IMG/VR virus record: IMGVR_UViG_3300017989_005036
Coordinates: 1-64,000 of that record
Origin: a virus
Strand: one strand, 5' to 3'
DNA length: 64,000 nucleotides
The translations under genes were made by a program, and so were the position numbers. This document shows, piece by piece, positions 35,458-44,341 of this stretch. Positions within the stretch are counted from its first letter, which is position 1; each line of letters opens with the position of its first letter. The notes under the pieces are model-generated. The model ran no database searches, was not told where the DNA came from, and saw only the letters and a list, made by a program, of their open reading frames with translations.

Positions 35458-35739
35458 TTATTCAGTTGTTGCAGCTTCTTCAGTTGCAGCTTCTTCAGTT
35501 GCAGCTTCTTCAGTTGCAGCTTCTTCAGTTGCAGCTTCTTCAGTTGCAGCTTCTTCAGTTGCAGCTTCTTCAGTTGCAGCTTCTTCAGTTGCAACTTCTT
35601 CAGTTGCAACTTCTTCAGTTGCAGGCTCCACAGTACCCGGTGTTTCTGGTCCTGTCACAGGACGTGAACAGCCCACAAATACCACAACTGCAAAAATCAC
35701 CAAAAAACTCACGAACTTCTTCATCAAACAATTCTCCAT
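35458..35739 (-). CDS. small acidic lipoprotein with ATEEA repeats
   Basis: lipobox FVGC; ten pentapeptide repeats. Confidence 0.75.
   Translation of the reverse strand: MENCLMKKFVSFLVIFAVVVFVGCSRPVTGPETPGTVEPATEEVATEEVATEEAATEEAATEEAATEEAATEEAATEEAATEEAATEEAATTE
35468..35624. repeat. 15-bp tandem repeat, about 10.5 copies (coding)
   Basis: GTTGCAGCTTCTTCA x8 and GTTGCAACTTCTTCA x2. Confidence 0.95.
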
Positions 35740-35795
35740 CTAACTTGCGGAATGTGTCCCACTTTAAACATTTTCAAGCAACAACTACACCGCTG

Positions 35796-36602
35796 TTACT
35801 CAGGCAACTGAGAAGATTCTCTTTCAGTTGTTTTATCTGTTGCATCTTCGTCCCAATCCATGAGAGAGTCAAACTCAGATGCAGCTTCTTCATTAGAAGC
35901 AAATTCAAGAAAGGCATCAGTGGCAACTTTGTTGTCTGTGCCTGCCAATTCCTGAGTGGCTTTGGCTCGACCAGCGACATTTCGTCGTGCTTTTCTGATT
36001 TCTGCCAAATCGTTATCAACATTATCATTGGCAATTCCAGCCAATGCTGAACTAGCTTCTTCAAGAGCCTTATTGCTTTCAAGATCTGCAATATGCTCAT
36101 TTTCTTCTTCATGAAGCCTCTGAAGATCAGACTGCAAAGTCTGAAGTTGTACCTGATGATCAGCAATTAGTGATTGTGAGTCATCAATATCCTGTTCAAG
36201 AGAGGCAATTCTGGCTCTTTTCTCTTTGAGAGTAGATTCAGCATCACGATGGCCAGTTGCACATTTAATAAATTCAGGATCTGCTTGAATTTGTTCTTTT
36301 GAAAGACCCTGTTTGACAAGTTCATCTTTTCTTTTCCTTGCCATTCCTTCAGCACCACGTTTGGCTTTTTCAAGCGTAGCACATTCTTCTTCAAGGTCTT
36401 TGATTTGTCGAAGTTTGGCTTCTCGATTAGCAATCAATTTACCAACAGCATTTTTGAGTGTAATGACTCGATTTTTGCCTTTCGCTTGAGCACGGTCAAA
36501 CGTGGCACGAACAACATGTTCGTTTTCATTGAGCTTTTCATTCTTTTTGAGAAACACACCAGTGAGAGCCGCAAAAACTTTACGCAACCATTCAAACATC
36601 AT
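35796..36602 (-). CDS. PspA/IM30-like coiled-coil protein
   Basis: amphipathic N-terminal helix, long coiled coil, C-terminal FLEFA..EFDSLM. Confidence 0.7.
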   Translation of the reverse strand: MMFEWLRKVFAALTGVFLKKNEKLNENEHVVRATFDRAQAKGKNRVITLKNAVGKLIANREAKLRQIKDLEEECATLEKAKRGAEGMARKRKDELVKQGLSKEQIQADPEFIKCATGHRDAESTLKEKRARIASLEQDIDDSQSLIADHQVQLQTLQSDLQRLHEEENEHIADLESNKALEEASSALAGIANDNVDNDLAEIRKARRNVAGRAKATQELAGTDNKVATDAFLEFASNEEAASEFDSLMDWDEDATDKTTERESSQLPE

Positions 36603-36655
36603 TATCTCCTTTTTGAGAGGCAGGGATTGTAGCCTCTCGATTTTGTTTGTAAAGC

Positions 36656-37405
36656 CTAATCGTTGGCTTTGGATTGAAAATCAACAAACTCGCTCAAATG
36701 AGTATGTTCACCCAAATTACGCATTTCACGTTGAGTGTTTTGAGCAACCTCAAGTCGTTTGGCAAGCAACTGCTGCATTTGAGTCGCCTCTTCTTTTCGA
36801 TCCTGTAACTTCAATGCCCTGATGCCATTGACCGTTTCAGTAAAGCTGATGACGCTTTTCTCTACGCTGGCAAGAATGTCTTCTCTGTCTTTGAGAACAC
36901 TTTCTTTTATTGAACTGGTTAAGCTTTTAGAAGAAGTCAAAAGATCAAAAGAAAACTCGATTAATTTAACGCATTGACTAAACATTGCGTTGATATCAGA
37001 AATCATTTGAGATGTAACAAATGCCCCCAAATTGTCCTCTTCGACATCCTTGGTGAAAGCATCATGTACAGATCTCAATGAACGAAGGTACTCTTCGTCT
37101 CGGGAGTCGCCGTCTTTAGAAAGTTTTTCATCCAATTCATCAAGACGATGGTGTTCTTCGACCATTTTCTGTAACTGAATATACTTAGAAGCACGTTCAG
37201 TGACTTCAGCCATATTGAATCGAAACCTCCAAGCAGCACCTACGATTGTGACCAAAAATCCACAAAGGCCCAAAAGAACAAGCGTGCTGGATTTCACAGC
37301 AAACCCAAGAGTAAAGGCAGCTAAGCCTGTCAGACCGGGGATAACTGTAATTGGTGCTACGAACAAATCTGACATGATTTGCGATTGAAGGCCACGGTCG
37401 CTCAC
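36656..37405 (-). CDS. two-TM coiled-coil protein
   Basis: GTG start overlapping the upstream TGA; two hydrophobic helices. Confidence 0.7.
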   Translation of the reverse strand: MSDRGLQSQIMSDLFVAPITVIPGLTGLAAFTLGFAVKSSTLVLLGLCGFLVTIVGAAWRFRFNMAEVTERASKYIQLQKMVEEHHRLDELDEKLSKDGDSRDEEYLRSLRSVHDAFTKDVEEDNLGAFVTSQMISDINAMFSQCVKLIEFSFDLLTSSKSLTSSIKESVLKDREDILASVEKSVISFTETVNGIRALKLQDRKEEATQMQQLLAKRLEVAQNTQREMRNLGEHTHLSEFVDFQSKAND

Positions 37406-37935
37406 TGTAATTCCTCTATCTTTCTTTGAATTTCTTCTGCTGATTCCCAACGCCACATTTTTCGTTCAATTGCCCAGTAAGGAACATCGTGAAGGCCCTT
37501 GGAACATTCTTCCAAGTCTTTTGCCCATCGTTTCAATTCTCTTTTGAACCTTCTGGTATCTTTGAGGTAAGGAGAATTTTCCAACCAAGTTTCTGAAGTG
37601 GGTTCTTGAAGAATTACCTCGTAATCTTGTGGCAATGAATATTCAACATAAGGTCTAAATTCATCAAAACACACATTTGTGTTGTCAATGAGAATTGGCG
37701 TTTGTCCTGCTTCAATGGCTCGAAATGCACGTTGTTGATTCCAGTCATGTGCTATTCCAACGTACCTTGGGATGTAATTGTAAGTATCAGGTTGATCTGG
37801 TTTGACGACTTCATACCAGTAATCATCTGTGCTGAAAATGACCCCTTCAGGATTTTTCTCAATGATTTCTTTTGCAGTATAGCTTTTGCCACAACAAGGC
37901 AAGCCACGCATTATCACAAGTTGTTTGGAGGTCAC
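37402..37935 (-). CDS. N4BP2-like / AAA_33 P-loop polynucleotide kinase
   Basis: MRGLPCCGKS, FSTDDY, IDNTN, HDVP. Confidence 0.85.
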   Translation of the reverse strand: MTSKQLVIMRGLPCCGKSYTAKEIIEKNPEGVIFSTDDYWYEVVKPDQPDTYNYIPRYVGIAHDWNQQRAFRAIEAGQTPILIDNTNVCFDEFRPYVEYSLPQDYEVILQEPTSETWLENSPYLKDTRRFKRELKRWAKDLEECSKGLHDVPYWAIERKMWRWESAEEIQRKIEELQ

Positions 37936-37962
37936 TTCTTTTCCTTTGGCGGAAATGCTTCA

Positions 37963-38160
37963 TCAAGCATACTTCGAATTGTATCTGCGTCCCTTTGATT
38001 CAAAGGGACGCTTCAGCAAATTCTCTGAACTACCGTTGTATTTTGGTCCTGCAAGGCGATATCCACCACTTTCTGGAACACAGATATTCACTTGCAAATT
38101 ACCGGTCCATCCATCTTTATCAACTCGAATTTCACAAATGACAGCATCTTCATCAATCAT
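37963..38160 (-). CDS. hypothetical protein
   Basis: GYRLAGPKYNG; operon context. Confidence 0.55.
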   Translation of the reverse strand: MIDEDAVICEIRVDKDGWTGNLQVNICVPESGGYRLAGPKYNGSSENLLKRPFESKGRRYNSKYA

Positions 38161-38417
38161 GTTGAAACCTTTTTCTCTGTTCTGTCACGAAAAATATAAT
38201 ACCCAACAGGGACTAAAGGCCAAAGAATTAAACAAAAACAAAACATGAATATTTTTTCATCGAGTTCTCGCTTTGTCTCACCTACTCCCGAAAGGAAACA
38301 ACAATATCCTGAATATAAATAAACTGCTACAGAGGAGATATTTCCAATCAAGAAACCAAAGAAAGACCATGCCAAAAAACAGCATATAATGAAAGCGAAA
38401 ATAATAAGAATTCTCAT
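38157..38417 (-). CDS. membrane hypothetical protein
   Basis: hydrophobic; ATGA overlaps. Confidence 0.6.
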   Translation of the reverse strand: MRILIIFAFIICCFLAWSFFGFLIGNISSVAVYLYSGYCCFLSGVGETKRELDEKIFMFCFCLILWPLVPVGYYIFRDRTEKKVST

Positions 38418-38674
38418 TTCAGGGTTCTGTCCTTTACATCCTCGATGATTTCCAATACCTGACCAACATGATCAGGATTCGATGGAGCGATATATCCTAT
38501 TGGGCTTATGATGTACCGACTGCCTTTGTAGTCAAATTCACGCCATCCCATGCCAATATCTGTAACGTTTTTTGATCCCGGTGGGATCAAAATTGAACGT
38601 GACAATATCAACACCAGCGCCAAAGTCGCCAAAGCAAACAAGACAGTGGCCAAAAAATCCCTGACGAATTTCAT
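38414..38674 (-). CDS. membrane-anchored hypothetical protein
   Basis: N-terminal TM segment. Confidence 0.6.
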   Translation of the reverse strand: MKFVRDFLATVLFALATLALVLILSRSILIPPGSKNVTDIGMGWREFDYKGSRYIISPIGYIAPSNPDHVGQVLEIIEDVKDRTLK

Positions 38675-38746
38675 GCCAAAAATCCTTTCTGTGCATTCTA
38701 CGGAAGAATTTTTGGATTGTAAAGAAAAATGCAATCCAAAAATTGG

Positions 38747-39535
38747 TTAAAGCTTCAAAGTCAGGCATTTACAAGCTCCACCTGACTTGATGTATTCACT
38801 CATCTCGAATTCATGAGGAGTGTAACCATTTTTACGCAATTTGTCGATAGTTTGAGGACATCCAGACGGAATCATCACATCTTCTTCATTGATCAATACT
38901 GCGTTACAAGCAAATCGTCTTGCTTCATATTTTGGAACTTTAATGACATTCAATTCATGTTCAGGTTCATATCGATGACCAATGCCGAAAGCATCTTCAT
39001 ACCACAAAGCATCACGATCTCTCAAAGGACAAAAACATGTATCGAGGTGATAGAAATATGGATCACAAAGCGGAGACCAAACTGGACGGGTATTTGAAAT
39101 GATTTCAAGAATTTCAATGTAGGCATGTTTTGTCGTTCTTTGACCATACCCAACATACAAATCATTTTCAATTTTAAAGCAATCACCTGCTCCCTCAAAT
39201 GGTTTTTGTATTTTGTGGACATCAAATCCATCTTCCTTAAACCACTTTTCAAACAAAGGTTCTTCTTTCTTTCGTTCCTCATGAAGAAAATTGGAAAGAA
39301 TGACCTGTTTTTCACCAAAAACAAATCCAGCATTCGCTGTAAAAACCATATCTGGGAGATGAGGCTGCGGATCGATAAGTTCAACAGATGACAAAGACGA
39401 TATTTTGTTGTAAAGATTGTCCCATTGTTTAACGGCTTTGTCATGATCAACATTGTTTTTAGAATCCATCCAAGGGTTGATTTCATAAATCACCCCAAAA
39501 TGATCAGGAGGACACATCAAAAACCGTTCATTCAT
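38747..39535 (-). CDS. amidinotransferase / DDAH family protein
   Basis: INPWM, PDMVFTAN, FEGAGD, YHLDT, GGACKCLT. Confidence 0.92.
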   Translation of the reverse strand: MNERFLMCPPDHFGVIYEINPWMDSKNNVDHDKAVKQWDNLYNKISSLSSVELIDPQPHLPDMVFTANAGFVFGEKQVILSNFLHEERKKEEPLFEKWFKEDGFDVHKIQKPFEGAGDCFKIENDLYVGYGQRTTKHAYIEILEIISNTRPVWSPLCDPYFYHLDTCFCPLRDRDALWYEDAFGIGHRYEPEHELNVIKVPKYEARRFACNAVLINEEDVMIPSGCPQTIDKLRKNGYTPHEFEMSEYIKSGGACKCLTLKL

Positions 39536-39547
39536 ATAATCACCGTA

Positions 39548-40102
39548 TCAAGTTCTTAAACCTGCTGAATTTGCATTGATTCCTTGACCTATTGGTTCTT
39601 GTGAAATTTGTTGTTGATTTGGAGGCTGAAAAGGTGTTGGAGGACTTTGTGGATGCGGATTCTCTTGTTCAGGAGATTCAACTGCATCTTGTCCAGCATC
39701 TGGAACAGGCTCATTTATATCTGTAGTTGGAGGAGTATCTCCAGTTACAGATTGGTAAATTTCTGAACCAAAAAGTTTATTGAGCAAATGGCCAACTGTT
39801 GAATTTACCTGATGACCTTCAGGTGATTTTTGGCTAATTCTTTGCAGCCAATTGATCGTATCATTCACTTGAGATCCAAAGCCCATTTGTTGTAGATTTT
39901 GAAAAATGCTGCTGAGAGCATTTTTCGCAGCCATTGGACCTTTTGGCGAACCGCCATCTTTATTGCCGCTCTCAATTTTACTCAAAGGTAAACTGAGATT
40001 AGGATTGTGCCCAACAAGTTCCTGCATAGCACTTCGGAACATTTGTTCTAGTTTTTGTTGGGTTAATTGTTGATCTGATTCAAGCCAAGTTCGAAAATTC
40101 AT
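39548..40102 (-). CDS. hypothetical protein with an MNFRTWLE N-terminus
   Basis: ORF track; TATATA upstream. Confidence 0.7.
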   Translation of the reverse strand: MNFRTWLESDQQLTQQKLEQMFRSAMQELVGHNPNLSLPLSKIESGNKDGGSPKGPMAAKNALSSIFQNLQQMGFGSQVNDTINWLQRISQKSPEGHQVNSTVGHLLNKLFGSEIYQSVTGDTPPTTDINEPVPDAGQDAVESPEQENPHPQSPPTPFQPPNQQQISQEPIGQGINANSAGLRT

Positions 40103-40125
40103 AACATTCTATATAGAGCTTTGAA

Positions 40126-41010
40126 TCAGTAAAAAATCCAATCAAGAATCGCCATTCTTACTGGCACTCCATTTTTACTTTGCTGAAAGTATATGCAACG
40201 AGGATCTTCGTCAAACTTAGGATGAAGTTCTGATGTTCTTGGCATCGGGTGCATAATCAATGAATCTTCTGATAAGAGATTCATGTGTTTTTCTGACAAC
40301 TGAAATTTGGGTGGAATTTTACCATCACGTTCAGTTTGAGTCCTTGTCAGGTAAAGGATGTCAATTTTTGGCAAAATATCAAACAAGTCATCTTCAGATT
40401 GAAGTTTAATTGTTTCTGCATATCTTGAATATCGCTCCGGTAAATCATTTCCATAAAGAAAAAATCTATTATTAAAATTCCTTCTCGAAACTTCTATCAA
40501 AGAATGAACAGTTCTTCCTTTCTCCAAATCACCAACAATAGCAATATCCAAATTGGAAATTCTTCCAAATTCTTTTTCGATAGTATAAACATCTATCAAA
40601 GCTTGTGTAGGATGTTCAGCATCACCATCCCCTCCGTTAATAACACGGCAACCCCATTGATGCGTGCTTCCCCATGATTCAACATGCGAAGGTGTTCTTG
40701 TAACTAAAACATCAACATATTGAGACATTGTTTTAATTGTATCAAGAAAACTTTCGCCCTTTAAAGAAGAGTTGTGATCTGGAATTCGAACAACTTTCCC
40801 GCCCATTCTCATCATTGCAGTTTCAAAACTCACTTGAGTTCTGGTTGATGGTTCTAAAAACAAAGTTCCCATAATCCTATCTTCCATGAAGTTAATGGGG
40901 ATATTGTGACCTTTTTCTCTAAGATTCAAAATGTTATCCATGTCAGAAACTTTAGACAAAATTGATCTAAGCTGCCCGGCAATCTCACTGGACCTAAGTA
41001 AGTTTCTCAT
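40126..41010 (-). CDS. pyrB: aspartate carbamoyltransferase catalytic subunit
   Basis: FLEPSTRT, KGES, HPTQAL, GDL..GRTVHS, TRTQTER, HPMPR. Confidence 0.95.
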   Translation of the reverse strand: MRNLLRSSEIAGQLRSILSKVSDMDNILNLREKGHNIPINFMEDRIMGTLFLEPSTRTQVSFETAMMRMGGKVVRIPDHNSSLKGESFLDTIKTMSQYVDVLVTRTPSHVESWGSTHQWGCRVINGGDGDAEHPTQALIDVYTIEKEFGRISNLDIAIVGDLEKGRTVHSLIEVSRRNFNNRFFLYGNDLPERYSRYAETIKLQSEDDLFDILPKIDILYLTRTQTERDGKIPPKFQLSEKHMNLLSEDSLIMHPMPRTSELHPKFDEDPRCIYFQQSKNGVPVRMAILDWIFY

Positions 41011-41039
41011 TTTTTCAGCCTTCCATGGTAAATAAAGAA

Positions 41040-41834
41040 ATGAATGATCTGAATTTCAAAACATGGTTTGAAGCAACTGACATTTTTGGTTTTGATCCCG
41101 AAATACGGGATGAAGCTATAAGTGACAATATGCTTGCACGTCCAATTTCACAGTTTAACATTGAGCTGATGATGGAGTTTCTCAACAACAAACGAGTTGG
41201 ACTTCATACAGCTAATTGTCCTTTTGTGAATGAAATTCAATGGGGGACTGAACCGGGTTCAGCAATCAAACTGGAAGTTGATACAGGATACAGTTTTCAT
41301 CTTAAGAAATTAGTCGTGGATCTCCAAGGTCAAAAAAGATGGATCACGAAAAAACTGTTTCAGTTAAATCGACACGGCTATGGTGGACATGAAGACTCTG
41401 TCGCAAGTGAAGTTCATGAGCACATTCAAAAAGCAATGGAGTCTCCTATGGAATCTCCTGTCGAAGAATATGGAGATGGAGAGCTGCAAAAATTAGTGGT
41501 TCATTTGGCTGGTAGAATTCGCAGGGTTGCCAAAGAAGTATTCTTGTACCAAGGCGTGAAAAAAGTAGATGAAAACAATTACCTGATTATGTTTGAGTGC
41601 CGTGGTGGTGGAGTTGAAGCTCCAGATCAAAGAAGGGTAGAGAAAAACTTAACTCAAGTCACTTACGACAAAGAAGGCGGCACAATACGAATTCAAAACT
41701 ACAATGTTGAAAGCCCGGTAGGGGGGCCTCATGAATGGGCTATTTCGCCGCAAGACATTGATTTGTATTTTCTCCCAACACAGCCAAGAGATGAAATTGC
41801 AGAAGTTGTTGGTGTTCATTTCAAGTATTATTGA
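41040..41834 (+). CDS. hypothetical protein with an LNFKTWFE N-terminus
   Basis: ORF track; TAAATA upstream. Confidence 0.75.
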   Translation: MNDLNFKTWFEATDIFGFDPEIRDEAISDNMLARPISQFNIELMMEFLNNKRVGLHTANCPFVNEIQWGTEPGSAIKLEVDTGYSFHLKKLVVDLQGQKRWITKKLFQLNRHGYGGHEDSVASEVHEHIQKAMESPMESPVEEYGDGELQKLVVHLAGRIRRVAKEVFLYQGVKKVDENNYLIMFECRGGGVEAPDQRRVEKNLTQVTYDKEGGTIRIQNYNVESPVGGPHEWAISPQDIDLYFLPTQPRDEIAEVVGVHFKYY

Positions 41835-42021
41835 TTCTGTTTGAAAAACGACCATACCATGCGTATGTCATATTTTCCATTCTTTCCTGAATCAGGTCTT
41901 GTGCCCAATCAAACCACGTGTCTGCGAGTAGAATGCCTGCTATGATAAATATAATGGTAAGTAACTTCATGGTAATTCTCCAGTAATTCAATTTCATTAT
42001 CGAAACCAGAGACATTAAACT

Positions 42022-42507
42022 TTAGAAGCCTTCTATTGCCCATTCTATTTTTCCTTCTAAATCCATTTCATATGGATTATCCCTTAACTCGATAGCCAAA
42101 AAGATATCATCTGGATGATTCCAGTGTCCAGCAGGATGACCTGTGTCAATGCAATCTTCACAAGTAATGTATAATCTTCTTTCGCCTCGATATTCTCTTC
42201 GAAAACTATAGTTTCGACAAACAGGACATTCTATGTTCGGAATAGGGTTTTCTGAATGGTAATTGTTGATTCCCCAACGCCATAGATTGGGAGTAGTACA
42301 ATAATCACGAAAAACAGGTGGCATCCATTCATTTATACGTTTTTGTTCGATTCTAAAATTCACCCATCCACCGTTTAATGTCATTTGATGATATTGAATT
42401 GAACTGTTTAAAGGAGAACACAATAAGTTCATTAACCCTTCAACAGTTTGGGCCATGCGTTCAGGTGTAGTTTGAAAAACTTCTTCTCCAACAGGATAAA
42501 CAACCAT
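42022..42507 (-). CDS. hypothetical protein ending IEWAIEGF
   Basis: Zn ribbon CPVC..CEDC; shared C-terminal motif. Confidence 0.7.
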   Translation of the reverse strand: MVVYPVGEEVFQTTPERMAQTVEGLMNLLCSPLNSSIQYHQMTLNGGWVNFRIEQKRINEWMPPVFRDYCTTPNLWRWGINNYHSENPIPNIECPVCRNYSFRREYRGERRLYITCEDCIDTGHPAGHWNHPDDIFLAIELRDNPYEMDLEGKIEWAIEGF

Positions 42508-42863
42508 CAGAACCCCTCAGTGGCCCAATCAACTATTTTCAAAGCTCGTGCCCATAATGGTTTTCTCGTAAAAAACACACATTCAGAGTCATCAAAGCAT
42601 ACAACTTTGAAATGCACCTCTGTTGGCAACCAATCATTATATTCAACACGCCTGACAACATTTTCGGCAGAATAGAAAAGCCATTCCAGCCCATCTTCTA
42701 AAAGACATCGCTTTCCTTCGTCTTCTCCTGCTCTAAGAAGAACTTCTCTATTTATAACCAAAGGAGTCAATTGAAAACCTGTTTTCCAGCTTTGTTTGTT
42801 GTTGAAGGTTATTCCAGAGATCCAAAAAACATCGAAATATTTGATATTCTTTGCCATCTTCAT
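42507..42863 (-). CDS. hypothetical protein ending VDWATEGF
   Basis: TGATG overlap; shared C-terminal motif. Confidence 0.7.
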   Translation of the reverse strand: MKMAKNIKYFDVFWISGITFNNKQSWKTGFQLTPLVINREVLLRAGEDEGKRCLLEDGLEWLFYSAENVVRRVEYNDWLPTEVHFKVVCFDDSECVFFTRKPLWARALKIVDWATEGF

Positions 42864-42982
42864 CAGTTGTTAAAAAGTAAACATATCTTCCATCGTCACT
42901 TAAACAATAAAGAACTGTTGTTGAGTTTGTAAGAAAGTGATCTAAAAGATCATATGATGTAATAACAATACTTCGTTGTCTT

Positions 42983-43687
42983 TTAACAACCGTCTTCAAA
43001 TTCGCAGCCAAATTCGTATTCAAAAAAACGTACTGTGTCATCTGTGACATCTTTCTTGTACAAAGTAGGATCAAATTCACATTCTTTAGACAAGCGTTCT
43101 ATGTATGGTTTCACAAAAGGTGAAAGCATGACATAAATCATTGAAATTTTACCCTGCATGATCCAGAGTTTGAAATAACCATTGTCTATGAATTCTGCAA
43201 TTTTGCTTTCTGTGGGTTGTCCTTCACACCTTTCATAAACAAATTTTTTCGTCCTTAAAAGTTCACGATTAAGTTTAGTGTCAATCACTGGAGGAGGTTC
43301 TTTGTGATTGACTTGAGCCATCTTTTTATCGTAAAGTCTCTTCCAGATTTTCCAACGAATCCATGCTTTGTCACCACACAAAGTGTTGATTTCCATGTAA
43401 CCTTTGTATGCCTTTAAAACAGTCAGGTTTGCTGTAATATACAGCGGCATTTCTTCTGCTGTGAGCAGACCTCTGGTTTCTCGTCGAAGTTTCCAGCAGT
43501 AGCGGAAAAGATGAGAGGTTCTTGGATCTCTTTTCTTTGGAAGCTTGTTCCTTCTTCGCCATTCTGCGGTCTTTAGGTTATTTGGAGTGTGTTTTTCGAC
43601 TTCTTTCTCCCAAAGAAGGGCAATTTTGTACGTCTCCGCTTCAGGAGTCGTCATGTTCCATTGGAAGATTGGGTCGTATTGAGACAA
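42983..43687 (-). CDS. hypothetical protein
   Basis: 234-aa ORF; AAGGAG RBS. Confidence 0.75.
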   Translation of the reverse strand: MSQYDPIFQWNMTTPEAETYKIALLWEKEVEKHTPNNLKTAEWRRRNKLPKKRDPRTSHLFRYCWKLRRETRGLLTAEEMPLYITANLTVLKAYKGYMEINTLCGDKAWIRWKIWKRLYDKKMAQVNHKEPPPVIDTKLNRELLRTKKFVYERCEGQPTESKIAEFIDNGYFKLWIMQGKISMIYVMLSPFVKPYIERLSKECEFDPTLYKKDVTDDTVRFFEYEFGCEFEDGC

Positions 43688-43795
43688 AATTTACTCCTTT
43701 GGCGGCAATCATAGCAACGAAAAAGATAGGATGCAACAGAATTATCTATCGATATTAGTGTTGCAGAACTTAACTGATTTTACTATGATGTTCGT

Positions 43796-44190
43796 TGAAT
43801 TACTGTGAAGTTACGTTACTCCGATGAGAAGGCTTTGATAGTCGCTGGACTTGGAGAGAAAACCATAGGGAGGCGGGTGGTTCTTACCGTGCAACAGCAG
43901 ACTTTACAAGAGTCTAAGGCTTACTCCCTGTACCGAGGTAATCCTTATGAGACGCCCTCAGTAGCGTTGTCTAACTTAGAACTTTAAGTTGGGTTAGAGG
44001 GCACCTTTAGACGAACTCATAAGGTTAGCAGGGCAAACAACTATCTTCGAAAACTCGCCATTGTTGTGAGCAAGGTGCGGTACGCCATGAAATTATCATG
44101 AGTGAACCGTTTGGGATCGAGGTACGCACTGTACCTTCTCTATTTGTCCCCGGAAACAAGGAACTTATATTAGTTCTTTATTTTCTTTTA
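43796..44190 (+). ncRNA. candidate large structured ncRNA or regulatory region upstream of the DNA polymerase
   Basis: TTGCAG-17-TATGAT promoter; nested stems CCTTATGAG/CTCATAAGG, GCCCTC/GAGGGC, GGGAG/CTCCC. Confidence 0.5.
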
Positions 44191-44341
44191 CTTTGTTCAT
44201 TAACAACGCTACTTGGTATGCGCAGAGAAAACTTAAGTAGCTGAATTGACTTTGAAAAACTCCTCTTCCAAGATCTTTTCGATCTTGTTATCTTGTTGCT
44301 TCAATCGAAGGAGGGTTTTGGGATATTGGTGGAATTTTTTG

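Noticed and set aside
35468-35624. CRISPR array
   Set aside because: The 15-bp units are contiguous with no spacers and encode a peptide repeat. No cas genes are seen, and TnpB is in an IS context.
35249-36050. Plus-strand poly-QLL and VAASS ORFs
   Set aside because: These are antisense readings of the tandem repeat; the minus-strand lipoprotein fits the operon.
43800-44190. Group I intron or tmRNA
   Set aside because: P7-like strands are in the wrong order, no gene is interrupted, and there are no tRNA-like termini.
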